Below, piece after piece: positions 38,963 through 48,012 of a DNA stretch of 64,000 bases. The DNA lies in IMG/VR virus record IMGVR_UViG_3300025117_000005, positions 1-64,000 of that record. One strand, written 5' to 3'. The notes below the pieces were generated by a model, which was not told the origin of the DNA, searched no databases, and saw only the letters and a program-made list of their open reading frames with translations. The position numbers were made by a program, and so were the translations under genes. This DNA is from a virus. The first letter of the stretch is position 1, and the number at the start of each line of letters is the position of its first letter.

Positions 38963-39830
38963 GTTTCACCTCCTTCTCTGCATCTTTCTTCTGTGACTTC
39001 AGCCAAGCCTCGTGATCGGGAGCGTTAGGATCGAACAGCATGGCCCACCCGGTATCAGTCAGCCACTTATATATCCGGGATATTGGGATGATATAGTTCA
39101 TATGGTAGACGGCATTGGGTGCCCAGTTCGCCCAGGTCACCGCAATTCGACTTGGTATCCCTATAAACTCCCTGCTATCAGCCAGAAACGCACCCCCGCC
39201 ACTGTTCCCGAACACAGCTGGCGCGTTCAGCATCCAGTAAGGTAAGTTCTCAATTTCGTCATTCAAGGAAGCGATTTGACCACTGGTGGGAAACGGGGAC
39301 CGACCCAACCCCGCACCACAGACGAAGACAGACTGAAATATTCTGAGTTTTTCGACGGCATCCGCAGGTAATAGCTTCACGGTTAGACACCGTTCGTCAC
39401 TCCGTAATTTCAGTATGGCCAGGTCATGCTCTTTGTTCCACTCGACAATATCGGCCTGAATCAAGAGTGTGCCCGTAGAGACACTCATATTCTGGTACTT
39501 GAATATTTCCACCTCAATCGTTGCCCGAGTTTCCTTTTTTATCATCTTCTTCTTCAGGCTGTCCCACTGTTCCTGAATCTGAATGGCACCTTCGATCACG
39601 TGGTGATTCGTCAAGACATAGGTCGCAAAGCATCCCTCAACGCCTGGGACTTTGTTTGAGGCTATCATCACCCCGGACCCAACCCCCCCCGAGGCCCTGA
39701 CCCGTACCGTGGGATAGAGAATCTCTTTGTGTAAATCCTCCACGGAAGATGCGAAGCCAGTCACCGCAAAAGCTATAACGATCGTCATAGCAACGACAAA
39801 CACCGATAATCTGCTACTCAACCCCGTCAT
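38952..39830 (-). CDS. Secreted trypsin-like serine protease
   Basis: Signal peptide; GSGV, LTNHHV (His), DLAIL (Asp), GNSGG (Ser). Confidence 0.9.
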   Translation of the reverse strand: MTGLSSRLSVFVVAMTIVIAFAVTGFASSVEDLHKEILYPTVRVRASGGVGSGVMIASNKVPGVEGCFATYVLTNHHVIEGAIQIQEQWDSLKKKMIKKETRATIEVEIFKYQNMSVSTGTLLIQADIVEWNKEHDLAILKLRSDERCLTVKLLPADAVEKLRIFQSVFVCGAGLGRSPFPTSGQIASLNDEIENLPYWMLNAPAVFGNSGGGAFLADSREFIGIPSRIAVTWANWAPNAVYHMNYIIPISRIYKWLTDTGWAMLFDPNAPDHEAWLKSQKKDAEKEVKHGD

Positions 39831-40045
39831 CTGGACACCTCCTGTTGTGCTTTTGAATGCTTCCCCCTTCTTGGTTTACTTGCTTCCAGGTCATCCTTCG
39901 ACACGTAGGGGCAGTGATAATGCCCGTCCACTATTCTAAGGCTTCCGGCATGCTTGCATCCGGTTCTGTCGCAGACAGTTCTTGCCGTTCTGCGCCTTCG
40001 TTCAGAACAATAGAGCCAGATACTTTCTGTACAGGTTTCTTCCAC
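39827..40045 (-). CDS. Small Cys-containing hypothetical protein
   Basis: AGGAGGGG SD; ATGA coupling; overlaps the 3' end of the upstream gene. Confidence 0.4.
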   Translation of the reverse strand: MEETCTESIWLYCSERRRRTARTVCDRTGCKHAGSLRIVDGHYHCPYVSKDDLEASKPRRGKHSKAQQEVSR

Positions 40046-40824
40046 TTCCCCCTCCTTTTGGCTTGCCTTACCTTTTTGTCCATTTCGTTTTCCTGCTCAC
40101 GTTGCTCCTGAGCCCGCACAAACAGCTTATACAGGTCACGATAGCCCTCTTCTAATGCCTCTCCGACCAGTACCTTAGCGTCTACCTTGAGCTTGAACGG
40201 TGCCAGGATCTTCGTCATATGCACCACAAACTCACTGGTAAAGAACTGTAGCCAGCGCTTGTTGAGCTTCCACATCTTCTCTGTATCGGACCGCTTTATT
40301 TGGTCCTGGGCAAGAATGAGGGACCTCGCCACATCTACGCTGTTCTTGTCTATCTTGTTCGAGTAGACGGCTAGGGTGATCGTGCGCCGCGCCCCGGTCA
40401 TAGCAAAATTTATGAACTCGTCCGGCTCCATTTTTTCTACTTCTTCCAGGCTTGCGGGTATGTCGGCGCTTAACCCCCACTGCATAGACTGTGAAGCCTT
40501 ATCCGTCCGGAGTTTCTCTAAGCGTCCGGAGATGGTTTGCTGGCTAACCCGGAAGAGTGCCGCAATCTCGGGCTGCGAGAAACCGATATCGGAGAGCACT
40601 TGCAGGTATACGTTTTTGAGGTGTTGGGACGTGAGGTTTTTGTGGAAGGCAACCCCATCCAGACAGGATTTGAGGGAGCTGCGGTCAATGTCCATAGTGA
40701 AGGCTTTGGCCGCGTCGGATAATTCCTCAAGAATCTTATCCAATGCCTTCTTGCGTGGCCCAGGTATGTTAGTGTGACCGATCCACGCCATGAGTTTTTC
40801 GTAAATAGTTTCGAGAGCGTTCAT
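39931..40824 (-). CDS. HTH protein, possible terminase small subunit or late regulator
   Basis: GFSQPEIAALFRVSQQTISGRL HTH; first gene after a promoter upstream of terL. Confidence 0.5.
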   Translation of the reverse strand: MNALETIYEKLMAWIGHTNIPGPRKKALDKILEELSDAAKAFTMDIDRSSLKSCLDGVAFHKNLTSQHLKNVYLQVLSDIGFSQPEIAALFRVSQQTISGRLEKLRTDKASQSMQWGLSADIPASLEEVEKMEPDEFINFAMTGARRTITLAVYSNKIDKNSVDVARSLILAQDQIKRSDTEKMWKLNKRWLQFFTSEFVVHMTKILAPFKLKVDAKVLVGEALEEGYRDLYKLFVRAQEQREQENEMDKKVRQAKRRGKWKKPVQKVSGSIVLNEGAERQELSATEPDASMPEALE

Positions 40825-40830
40825 GAAATT

Positions 40831-40859
40831 AATTTACTCCCAGTTAAGTGAAATGTCAA
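40831..40859 (-). promoter_or_regulatory. Sigma70-type promoter with an operator-like site in the spacer
   Basis: TTGACA-17 bp-TAAATT; TTACT-CCC-AGTTAA at 40834-40847. Confidence 0.65.
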
Positions 40860-40872
40860 AAAAAAGCCACTC

Positions 40873-41301
40873 CTAAAAGTCATCAGTATCCAGAACAGGG
40901 GTCGCAGTGTCCGGCACAATACTGAGAATGAAGTTCTGGCTACACACCCACGTATTATTGTCAACATAAACTGGCAGATCATTCAGGTCCGGCCGTAATT
41001 CTTCGAAGTGAAGCATAGCAAAGATGTTCCAAGCAGCCTGAGCCAGATGGTCTTCATCACGCTTCCCTTCTTTGTACTGGTTCAGGTGACGCAAGGCCGA
41101 ATCCAGACAGCGGGACATCGGTATTCCCTTGGTCCAGTTGTGGTCATCGTACTTGGCTGCACCCCTCTCATATACGAGTGCCAGTCTACGCAATGCGATC
41201 GGGCTGATAAGATCGAAACGTCCCTTACCTTCTCTGGTATCGCGCTTCGCCCCCGTGGCAAACTCCTCACGTTTTCCGCTATCGTGCAGTACGTGTTCCA
41301 T
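40873..41301 (-). CDS. dATP/dGTP diphosphohydrolase domain protein (DUF5664-like)
   Basis: FATGAKRD..EGKGRFDLI, GAAKYDDHNWTKG, SALRHL, EDHLAQAAWN. Confidence 0.88.
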   Translation of the reverse strand: MEHVLHDSGKREEFATGAKRDTREGKGRFDLISPIALRRLALVYERGAAKYDDHNWTKGIPMSRCLDSALRHLNQYKEGKRDEDHLAQAAWNIFAMLHFEELRPDLNDLPVYVDNNTWVCSQNFILSIVPDTATPVLDTDDF

Positions 41302-41316
41302 GTGCTACTACACCTC

Positions 41317-41634
41317 CTAATTCAGGTTTGCCAGCAACCCCGTAGGTTGTGGTTGTGGCTGGATGTTCTGGTACAAGCATGTGGGGTCTTGCACCCTGTA
41401 AATGGGGATCATATCGAACAGCCGCCAAACCCACCAGATCCGGTACAGGCCCTTCATGTCCTTACCGAGCAAATGATGCTTCACCACTTCCTTGTCGAAT
41501 TCCTGACGCTTGCTGATAAAACAGGGCTTCCATCCTTGCGACCAATCCCGTGGTACGGGTTCTACCGATTTCACCGCACATACAGGGCATGGTCCTTGAC
41601 GCAGGTAACTCACTCCGCATGATGTACAAATCAT
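41317..41634 (-). CDS. Zn-ribbon hypothetical protein
   Basis: CTSC...CPVC; ATGA coupling. Confidence 0.55.
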   Translation of the reverse strand: MICTSCGVSYLRQGPCPVCAVKSVEPVPRDWSQGWKPCFISKRQEFDKEVVKHHLLGKDMKGLYRIWWVWRLFDMIPIYRVQDPTCLYQNIQPQPQPTGLLANLN

Positions 41635-41864
41635 AACTTGATTAACCTCCCTTCAGGTGAATCTGCGGGTTGGATAATAGGCGACTTGATTTTCTGCACC
41701 AGTGGTTGTAAGTGCGACCATGGCACGTAAATACACCCACATTTACAAATCACACCCCCGCTATTGGTGTCCTTGAGTATCCCGCCCCACTCCTTGTTCA
41801 AGTTGACCAACTTCTTCTTGCAGGCGGGGCATTGATCTGTCGGACTGATAGTAAAAGTGTCCAT
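41631..41864 (-). CDS. Zn-ribbon hypothetical protein
   Basis: Start re-placed at MDTFTI (AAGGAG SD); CPAC...CKCGC. Confidence 0.55.
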   Translation of the reverse strand: MDTFTISPTDQCPACKKKLVNLNKEWGGILKDTNSGGVICKCGCIYVPWSHLQPLVQKIKSPIIQPADSPEGRLIKL

Positions 41865-41866
41865 AT

Positions 41867-42484
41867 CTACTCCTTGTGCGCTGTGACGATCGCGTTGCAA
41901 CTGCTCATAACGTTTTTGTCTTGGATGAAGTTCCCATTCGCAATCTTCGCCAAGTGGTACGACCAGAGCATGTATCCCCCGAGCTTTTCTTTTAATAACG
42001 CCGGGTACTCGCACGCAATATTATCCCGGCAGCACGGCATCAAGATGAGGTGCTTCGCAGCGGAGGCCAAATAGAGTTCCACAACACGTTTTGCGAGGTT
42101 CTTACATGGATGGACAGCGATAAAAATTAGGTCCGTTCCGTGGGGTCCCTTCACCATCTCCGTAAAGGATGCGTCAAAGATATTCGCGTTGACGTACCTG
42201 AATTTTTTCACAGCATCGTAATGCCTTTTGCGCACAGCAATGTCCACGGCCAGCGCCCCGACATTCTTGAAGAGATGCACAGCCAGGACGCTCGTCAGAG
42301 CGTTCCCCGCGCAGAGGTCGATGACAGTGAACTGCTTGTCCGGGTCTGCAAGGACGATAGGCTTGAGCAGCCGGATCATACCCATGGACTCCGTGATCTC
42401 CTTGGAGGGCTTGTTAATCAGGCCACAGGCGTTCATCACGTCCCCACTGCAACTCAGACTCAAGAAACGATCAACGTATCTCAT
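41867..42484 (-). CDS. Class I SAM-dependent methyltransferase (Methyltransf_32/Trm13-like motifs)
   Basis: VIDLCAGNA motif I, AVD, VHPC..LA, LILMPCC. Confidence 0.7.
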   Translation of the reverse strand: MRYVDRFLSLSCSGDVMNACGLINKPSKEITESMGMIRLLKPIVLADPDKQFTVIDLCAGNALTSVLAVHLFKNVGALAVDIAVRKRHYDAVKKFRYVNANIFDASFTEMVKGPHGTDLIFIAVHPCKNLAKRVVELYLASAAKHLILMPCCRDNIACEYPALLKEKLGGYMLWSYHLAKIANGNFIQDKNVMSSCNAIVTAHKE

Positions 42485-42495
42485 CTTGTCCTCCG

Positions 42496-42876
42496 TTAGA
42501 AAGGCACGTCATCATCCGGTGCCCCGCCATGGTCGCCCGCAGTATTACCACCGTTCCCGCCCTTACCGCCCAACATCTGCATCTGTTGTGCCAGGACTTC
42601 CGTTTTGTAGTGCTTCGTGCCGTCCTTTTCCCAACTACGGGTCCGGAGTTTGCCTTCGATGTAGACCAGGGAACCCTTCACGAGGTACTGACCGCATATG
42701 TCAGCCAGCTTCCCCCAGGCAACAATGTTCACCCATTCCGTCAGGGGATCTTTATCCTTCCGTTTCTCCGTGACGGCTACCGAGAAGTTTGTAACCGTAG
42801 CGCCGTCTGGAAGACACTTCACTTCCGGGTCTCGCCCGAGGTATCCGATGATGATAACAAGATTCTTAGCAGCCAT
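42496..42876 (-). CDS. ssb: Single-stranded DNA-binding protein
   Basis: IIGYLGRDPE, TEW, KGSLVYIEGKLRTRSW, C-terminal DDDVPF. Confidence 0.96.
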   Translation of the reverse strand: MAAKNLVIIIGYLGRDPEVKCLPDGATVTNFSVAVTEKRKDKDPLTEWVNIVAWGKLADICGQYLVKGSLVYIEGKLRTRSWEKDGTKHYKTEVLAQQMQMLGGKGGNGGNTAGDHGGAPDDDVPF

Positions 42877-42905
42877 ACGTTACCCCTTTCAAAACTTGCC
42901 GACTC

Positions 42906-43169
42906 CTAATTCATCCATTCCCTGATTCTCTCAATACAACCATCGTGAATATCCCTTGCGTGCGCGTACCCCAGACACACCAGGGCCTTGCAGTTTTCCA
43001 AATGTTCGTAGTCCATATACGTCACCACGTAGGTTGTATCATCCACGCGCCATAGGTTTGTCTTGCGGTGTCCCAACTCGTAGCCCATCACACAGGTCAG
43101 GTCCCGTAAAGGGTCTGATTCGGATTCTGCAATGGCGTGCTGGAGACTGGAAAGAGTGAGTACCATCAC
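42906..43169 (-). CDS. Hypothetical protein
   Basis: Coupled ORF in operon. Confidence 0.5.
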   Translation of the reverse strand: MMVLTLSSLQHAIAESESDPLRDLTCVMGYELGHRKTNLWRVDDTTYVVTYMDYEHLENCKALVCLGYAHARDIHDGCIERIREWMN

Positions 43170-43567
43170 TTTTTCTCCGGCACTGCGGGTTGAGGTTCAG
43201 GTTTGGCCTCAGACTTGGAAGTAGGTTTTCTACTCCCCTTGGCCTTGGCGTCCTTTTCCTCCTTTTCCTGTTTCTCTATGGCCTGTAGCTGTGCCGTCAG
43301 AGCCTTCAACGACTGTCGCGCCGCCGTCAGGTCTTGGCTCCGTTCCCGAAACTGGTTCTGGATCAGCGTCAACTGCATCTCCAGGCGCATCACTTGTTCT
43401 GATGCAAGATCCTTTTTCACTTGAAGGAACTCCTTGGGCGATACAGGTGGCGGTGTCGGAGATGTCGATACGGCGGCCGGGGGCGTCTCCTGCGCCTGCA
43501 CTTCCATAAAACCACCAAAAAGTATGCCTGCCATCACCATTACGATAATCAAAAACGATTTTCTCAT
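43166..43567 (-). CDS. Secreted coiled-coil protein
   Basis: Signal peptide ending VQA; coiled coil; AGGAGG SD. Confidence 0.6.
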   Translation of the reverse strand: MRKSFLIIVMVMAGILFGGFMEVQAQETPPAAVSTSPTPPPVSPKEFLQVKKDLASEQVMRLEMQLTLIQNQFRERSQDLTAARQSLKALTAQLQAIEKQEKEEKDAKAKGSRKPTSKSEAKPEPQPAVPEKK

Positions 43568-43684
43568 AACTGTATCCTCCTTGATTTTAATTTGGCTGGC
43601 CGGGTTAGTTTTACTATCCCAGTTTTCCCTGTCCCCTCCAGCCCGTTTGCGCCGCCGGGATTTGCTGCCGGGACCCGTTTGGGA

Positions 43685-44032
43685 TTAGCGATATTCGTAT
43701 TCGTCATCATCAAGGCCAGCCCCCACCGGCCGTTCAGGTTTTGATGCAATCTGCTTGATCTCCGGCATGTAGACGCTGATCGGCTCGGGTTTGTACCGCT
43801 GCACAAAGAGACGGACCACCTCTTCCGAGACAGGGGTGATTGAGTAGATCGCACCATTCCCGTAGAGATGGGTCACAGCCATGGAGTCCTCGACGGCAGG
43901 GGTATCAACCCTCACAAATGCACAACCACCGATCGTTGTTTCACTCAAAAACCCCGCCACCCGGGTATGCCCGAACAGATCAACGAGAGCCCAAAATCCT
44001 TCACCGATACTTGCTGTTTTTTTATCGACCAT
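43685..44032 (-). CDS. Conserved phage hypothetical protein
   Basis: WALVDLFGH.RVAG...E....G..FVRVD.P...AIYSITPVSEE. Confidence 0.7.
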   Translation of the reverse strand: MVDKKTASIGEGFWALVDLFGHTRVAGFLSETTIGGCAFVRVDTPAVEDSMAVTHLYGNGAIYSITPVSEEVVRLFVQRYKPEPISVYMPEIKQIASKPERPVGAGLDDDEYEYR

Positions 44033-44732
44033 TGTTTGCCCTCCTTAAACTTTTGTACCCCGCATCCATTTTTTCACGGGGTGGCCTCCTAAAGTCGAAC
44101 CGTTCCTGCCCATAATGATCTTCCAGCCTCTTCTTGGCCGCCTCAAAATAGTCTTTGTCGATCTCGAAACCCGTCAAATCAAAGCCCATGTCGTGACAGG
44201 CTACGGCGATTGAGCCGGAACCGAGATGGGTGTCCAGGATCTTGTCGCCGTCATGGGCGTAGTTTTTGAGAAGCCACTTGTAAAGGGCAACTGGCTTCTG
44301 GGTTGGATGTATCTTCTCGTCCTGAATAGACACAATGAATCCTGCATTTCCACAAAACCTAAAAAGCCTGGCCGGTGAGTCAAAGGAAGTCCACGCATAT
44401 TCGACCTGAGAAAAGTTTTCAACAGCTCGGATTTTGTCCCATGCGATGAAACATCGGCACGGCCTCAATACAAAATAATTCCCCCCAAAAATTATCTGAT
44501 TCTGACTTACACTGAAAAGATTTTTGAAATATTGTTCATTGGGTACCTCATTCCACTTTTTGCTATTTTCTTTATAGGCTTGGTGAAATTTGACTTGAGA
44601 CTTCGTATTGCTTCCCCCTCCGCTCGATATATTACAAGCCTCTCCATACGGCGGGTCCACAATGGCAAGCTGAAAGTACTTGTCGGGATAACGCTTCATC
44701 CCCTCCATGCAGTCCTCGTTAAAAAAGCTCAA
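44022..44732 (-). CDS. DNA amino-methyltransferase (N6-adenine/N4-cytosine, beta class)
   Basis: DCMEGM, IVDPPY, HPTQKPVALY, LDTHLGSGS, GFEIDKDYF. Confidence 0.93.
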   Translation of the reverse strand: MSFFNEDCMEGMKRYPDKYFQLAIVDPPYGEACNISSGGGSNTKSQVKFHQAYKENSKKWNEVPNEQYFKNLFSVSQNQIIFGGNYFVLRPCRCFIAWDKIRAVENFSQVEYAWTSFDSPARLFRFCGNAGFIVSIQDEKIHPTQKPVALYKWLLKNYAHDGDKILDTHLGSGSIAVACHDMGFDLTGFEIDKDYFEAAKKRLEDHYGQERFDFRRPPREKMDAGYKSLRRANNGR

Positions 44733-44760
44733 TCACAGGGTCCCCCACACTCCTCCGGCC

Positions 44761-45294
44761 TCAAACACAGCTCATGTACGGCACCGCATCACCCCTCTGC
44801 TCCTGTGCTAATTTCTGAAACTTCTCCTGGATCCATTCAAACCATTCCCGGTTTGAATGGTTCCAGTGAATCAACCCTGCTATATGAGCGTTCCACCTGT
44901 ACTCCATCAACTCTCCGCTCAACAAAGCCCGGGGAAGATAGGTCCACCATTTCTCGAAGAGGACTGACGCTTTATCTGCCCAACAGAGCTTCGATGGTTC
45001 AACTCCGGCCGTCCTTGCGTAGTGACGGGAGTGAAACAGACAGAGACGGTAGTACCTGCCCCCGAGCCACCGGTAGGCGACCCCTGCCGCCCATTCCGGA
45101 TGCTTCTCGCCGGCCTCGTCATCCATGTTGTCGCAATCCATAAAAAAATATCCCCAATCATGCATGACGATACAGACCATTTCCCTCCAGTTTGGCAGGG
45201 ATCGGTACAACCACACCCATGCCAGGAAAACGGTGACGGGATGAATGAGGAATTGATGGACACCAAAGAGGATTGATTTACGGCCTACTTTCAT
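44761..45294 (-). CDS. Hypothetical protein with HD-like motif
   Basis: S.LFGVHQF..HP, MHDWGY, HSR, LCWADK. Confidence 0.65.
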   Translation of the reverse strand: MKVGRKSILFGVHQFLIHPVTVFLAWVWLYRSLPNWREMVCIVMHDWGYFFMDCDNMDDEAGEKHPEWAAGVAYRWLGGRYYRLCLFHSRHYARTAGVEPSKLCWADKASVLFEKWWTYLPRALLSGELMEYRWNAHIAGLIHWNHSNREWFEWIQEKFQKLAQEQRGDAVPYMSCV

Positions 45295-46081
45295 TTTCTT
45301 CTCCTTCCATCACTTCAACCAAATACCCCTTATGCTTCATTAAGTTGACCACCTTCTCTAAAACCCCTGTACGTCGGTGAAACTCCACCCGTAACCGCGC
45401 CGTAAACTCACCAGCCTTTGGTGTTCTCTTGATCATCAACACGGAATCTGACTCCTGAGCAATAAATGAAGAATCTCGCATCGACTCGTAGGAGAGGTGA
45501 TCGTCACTGGCCCCCTTGGTGGTATGACACAAGAGAAAAATAATAAACTGGCCCTGCACCGCAAGCGTTTTGAGTTGACGGATGATCTGTCCGATCTCGA
45601 TCGATGGGTTTCGAATCTTGGCAAGGTCTATCAGGTAATGCAGATGGTCGATGAAAATAATTCTCGTACGATACTTTGCAAAACTCTCGAGCACGCGATC
45701 GTTGAACCATGGCAAGGCATGAGCCTTGAGTTTGGCGGGCATATATATCATGGGGAGGGTGTGAAATTGATTCAGAAATTGCCGGGCAGGCACTTCATAC
45801 GAGAACCAGAGCGGATAATATTGCTGCTTCATAAACTGGACGGTTAAGGACTGGCAGAACAAGGTTTTCCCGGATTTCGTTGGACCCGACACCGTAATGA
45901 GTTCACCATCTTGAAATCCCTCAATCGCTGCATCAAGGGATGGAATATTGCTTTTAACCTTGACCAAGGCATCGGGTTGCTCTTTGAGCCGCAAATACAT
46001 CTCCTGAGAAGAAATGACCTGATCTTCCCCGGTGTATTCAGCCCAGTTTGGTTTGTGTTCGATTAAGTTCTTTCCGGTCAT
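45278..46081 (-). CDS. DnaB-like replicative helicase (C-terminal ATPase domain only)
   Basis: GELITVSGPTKSGKT, FSYE, IFIDHLHY, LKTLA, RDSSFIAQESD. Confidence 0.85.
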   Translation of the reverse strand: MTGKNLIEHKPNWAEYTGEDQVISSQEMYLRLKEQPDALVKVKSNIPSLDAAIEGFQDGELITVSGPTKSGKTLFCQSLTVQFMKQQYYPLWFSYEVPARQFLNQFHTLPMIYMPAKLKAHALPWFNDRVLESFAKYRTRIIFIDHLHYLIDLAKIRNPSIEIGQIIRQLKTLAVQGQFIIFLLCHTTKGASDDHLSYESMRDSSFIAQESDSVLMIKRTPKAGEFTARLRVEFHRRTGVLEKVVNLMKHKGYLVEVMEGEENESRP

Positions 46082-46310
46082 TCGCTATGCGCTCCATCAG
46101 GTACTGGATCTTCCTTGCGTTTTCGAAAAGGATTTCCTCACAGGCAATGGCAATCTGCCATTCAGATTGATGCTTTTCCCGGATCTCCTGGAAGAGCCTA
46201 TTCTCTTGGTGGATAAATTGGATGTACTCAATGCGATCGTCAATCCCTTCTTGGTAAAAGGCCTGCCAGTCGATTTCACCAGGTTGACTTTGTGGGCTTG
46301 GTTCCACCAT
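46038..46310 (-). CDS. Hypothetical protein
   Basis: Overlaps both initiator and helicase genes. Confidence 0.4.
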   Translation of the reverse strand: MVEPSPQSQPGEIDWQAFYQEGIDDRIEYIQFIHQENRLFQEIREKHQSEWQIAIACEEILFENARKIQYLMERIANDRKELNRTQTKLG

Positions 46311-46920
46311 TCTTGCGTTCCCAATTCAAAATGGTTGCGTAGTGACTCTTGTACTGCTTTCCCTTAGAGGCAAGGTACTGAGAAAGATTCTCTATCTGGT
46401 CACGTGTCCCATGCTCCCCAAAACGGTCGGTGAGTTTCTTGAATTCCTCATCGGTGAGCTTCACGTTTTTGAATTCACCGTACACGTTTTTTTCTTCTTT
46501 ATATATTTCTTCTTTTAAAGAAGAAGAAGAGTTACAATCCGGTATTAACGCCGGTTGAACCGGTGTTATAACGCCGGTTACATGACTACCCCATCTTTTC
46601 TGGGCACTCTTTTTACCGCGTTCAGATTGTGATTCCCGATACTTACGTTGTTTTTCCCTGACCTCTTCCATCTTCGGATTTCTGTAACGCAAGTCGTCTG
46701 AGAGAATGAACTTCTGTAGCACTTCTTTTGAAAATTTCTTGAAAAAATATTGAGACGAACCCGTGATACGCATCAATTCTTTCTCGTTAGCACTGACACT
46801 TCCGTTGGCCCATTGGCAAAGTAACATCCTCGTATACATCCCCACTGCATAAGGATCCCACTCAGCCGTGTCGATATAAAAAAGATCCGAGTACATCTGA
46901 AAAGCTGGTCCATCTTTCAC
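46276..46920 (-). CDS. Phage replication initiator (YdaU/DUF1376-like)
   Basis: PAFQMY..., VGMY.R.L..QW, N.KM; C-terminal YGEFKNVKLTDEE...KGKQYKSHYATILNW. Confidence 0.8.
   Translation of the reverse strand: MKDGPAFQMYSDLFYIDTAEWDPYAVGMYTRMLLCQWANGSVSANEKELMRITGSSQYFFKKFSKEVLQKFILSDDLRYRNPKMEEVREKQRKYRESQSERGKKSAQKRWGSHVTGVITPVQPALIPDCNSSSSLKEEIYKEEKNVYGEFKNVKLTDEEFKKLTDRFGEHGTRDQIENLSQYLASKGKQYKSHYATILNWERKNGGTKPTKSTW
46485..46579. other. Putative replication origin inside the initiator gene
   Basis: TAACGCCGGTT direct repeat at 46546-46556 and 46569-46579, next to an AT-rich tract at 46485-46530. Confidence 0.5.
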
Positions 46921-47249
46921 CCTTGAATAACCCCCTACACCACCGTTTTGCAGATGACCTTCCTACCAGTATACGAACACTTCACGAGTGTCTTGTGGCA
47001 GGTTCAGTATCGGAAATGTGGGGTTGTATGACTACAGAGATCGACTTCGCAGGCGGTATGACTACAGATAACCGTGTCTGACTTTTCTTTTTTGTGTTGC
47101 AAGGTTGACTTGGGGGTCTTGGGTTTGCGTGGCATTAGAAAAGCTCCTTTGTATTTTTTTTTGATTCTCAGGGATCAGTCTACATACAAATCACCTCCCT
47201 CCCTTCTACACCAGCACTTTTCCTAGGCTTTCTTAACTCTCAGTGAATT

Positions 47250-47278
47250 CTTTTACCAGATTCAGGCTTTTTTGTCAA
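47250..47278 (-). promoter_or_regulatory. Leftward sigma70-type promoter (replication operon)
   Basis: TTGACA-17 bp-TAAAAG. Confidence 0.55.
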
Positions 47279-47983
47279 GTTTAAACTTCACCCGGAGGAA
47301 ATTGTAAGACCGAACCCGGGTAAAAATCAAGGGTTTCTGGACCAATCTTTGCCGGAAACCGGGAAAGTGGGTTGTGAATGGACACGTCTTACCATCTGTG
47401 CGATCACTGGATGCCATCAGGCGGTAAGACCGGGGTTTTGAACGTGCCGTTGATGGTTGGAAAATAGTTATGGATTTGTTCATGGTATGGTTTAATAGTA
47501 ATTTTAATGAGTTACGGAAAGTCAAAAAAGAGGTTGAAGTTTTGGGCGTATGAATAGAAAAATAGGAGGACTGCCCTCTGAAGGTTTCCCGGATGACCGG
47601 GGGATTAATACGGGTATGGTGTTGTAAGTATGCGAAATCATAAGGGTAAAATCAATAAATCAAATTATAGGATATAATCTGTCATCACCCTAAAATTGGC
47701 ATAGTGGGACCGGTCAAAACGACGCTCCAGGATGCTCTGGGACGGGCGATCGGCCCTTATGATTGACCGATTTCAAGACCTACTGTTTAACGTTATGCAA
47801 CACTAAACACAGCTACGATATAGCTGCGCTCCATCGGCGTCCACAACCAGTTCCCCCCGCAAGCCATATACTACCAACTCCCAGATACCGCCACCGACTA
47901 CTGTTTAACGACGTGCAACACTCCACATATCCCCATAGTATACCCACACAGAACTGTAAAGTAGTGTAAAGTTGTAAAGAAAC

Positions 47984-48012
47984 TTGACACATTGTGAAAC
48001 ATAAGGTACAAT
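47984..48012 (+). promoter_or_regulatory. Rightward sigma70-type promoter (early accessory operon)
   Basis: TTGACA-17 bp-TACAAT. Confidence 0.75.

Noticed and set aside
40873-41301. Z-genome (2-aminoadenine) pathway
   Set aside because: No purZ or phage DNA polymerase in the window; the hydrolase alone is insufficient
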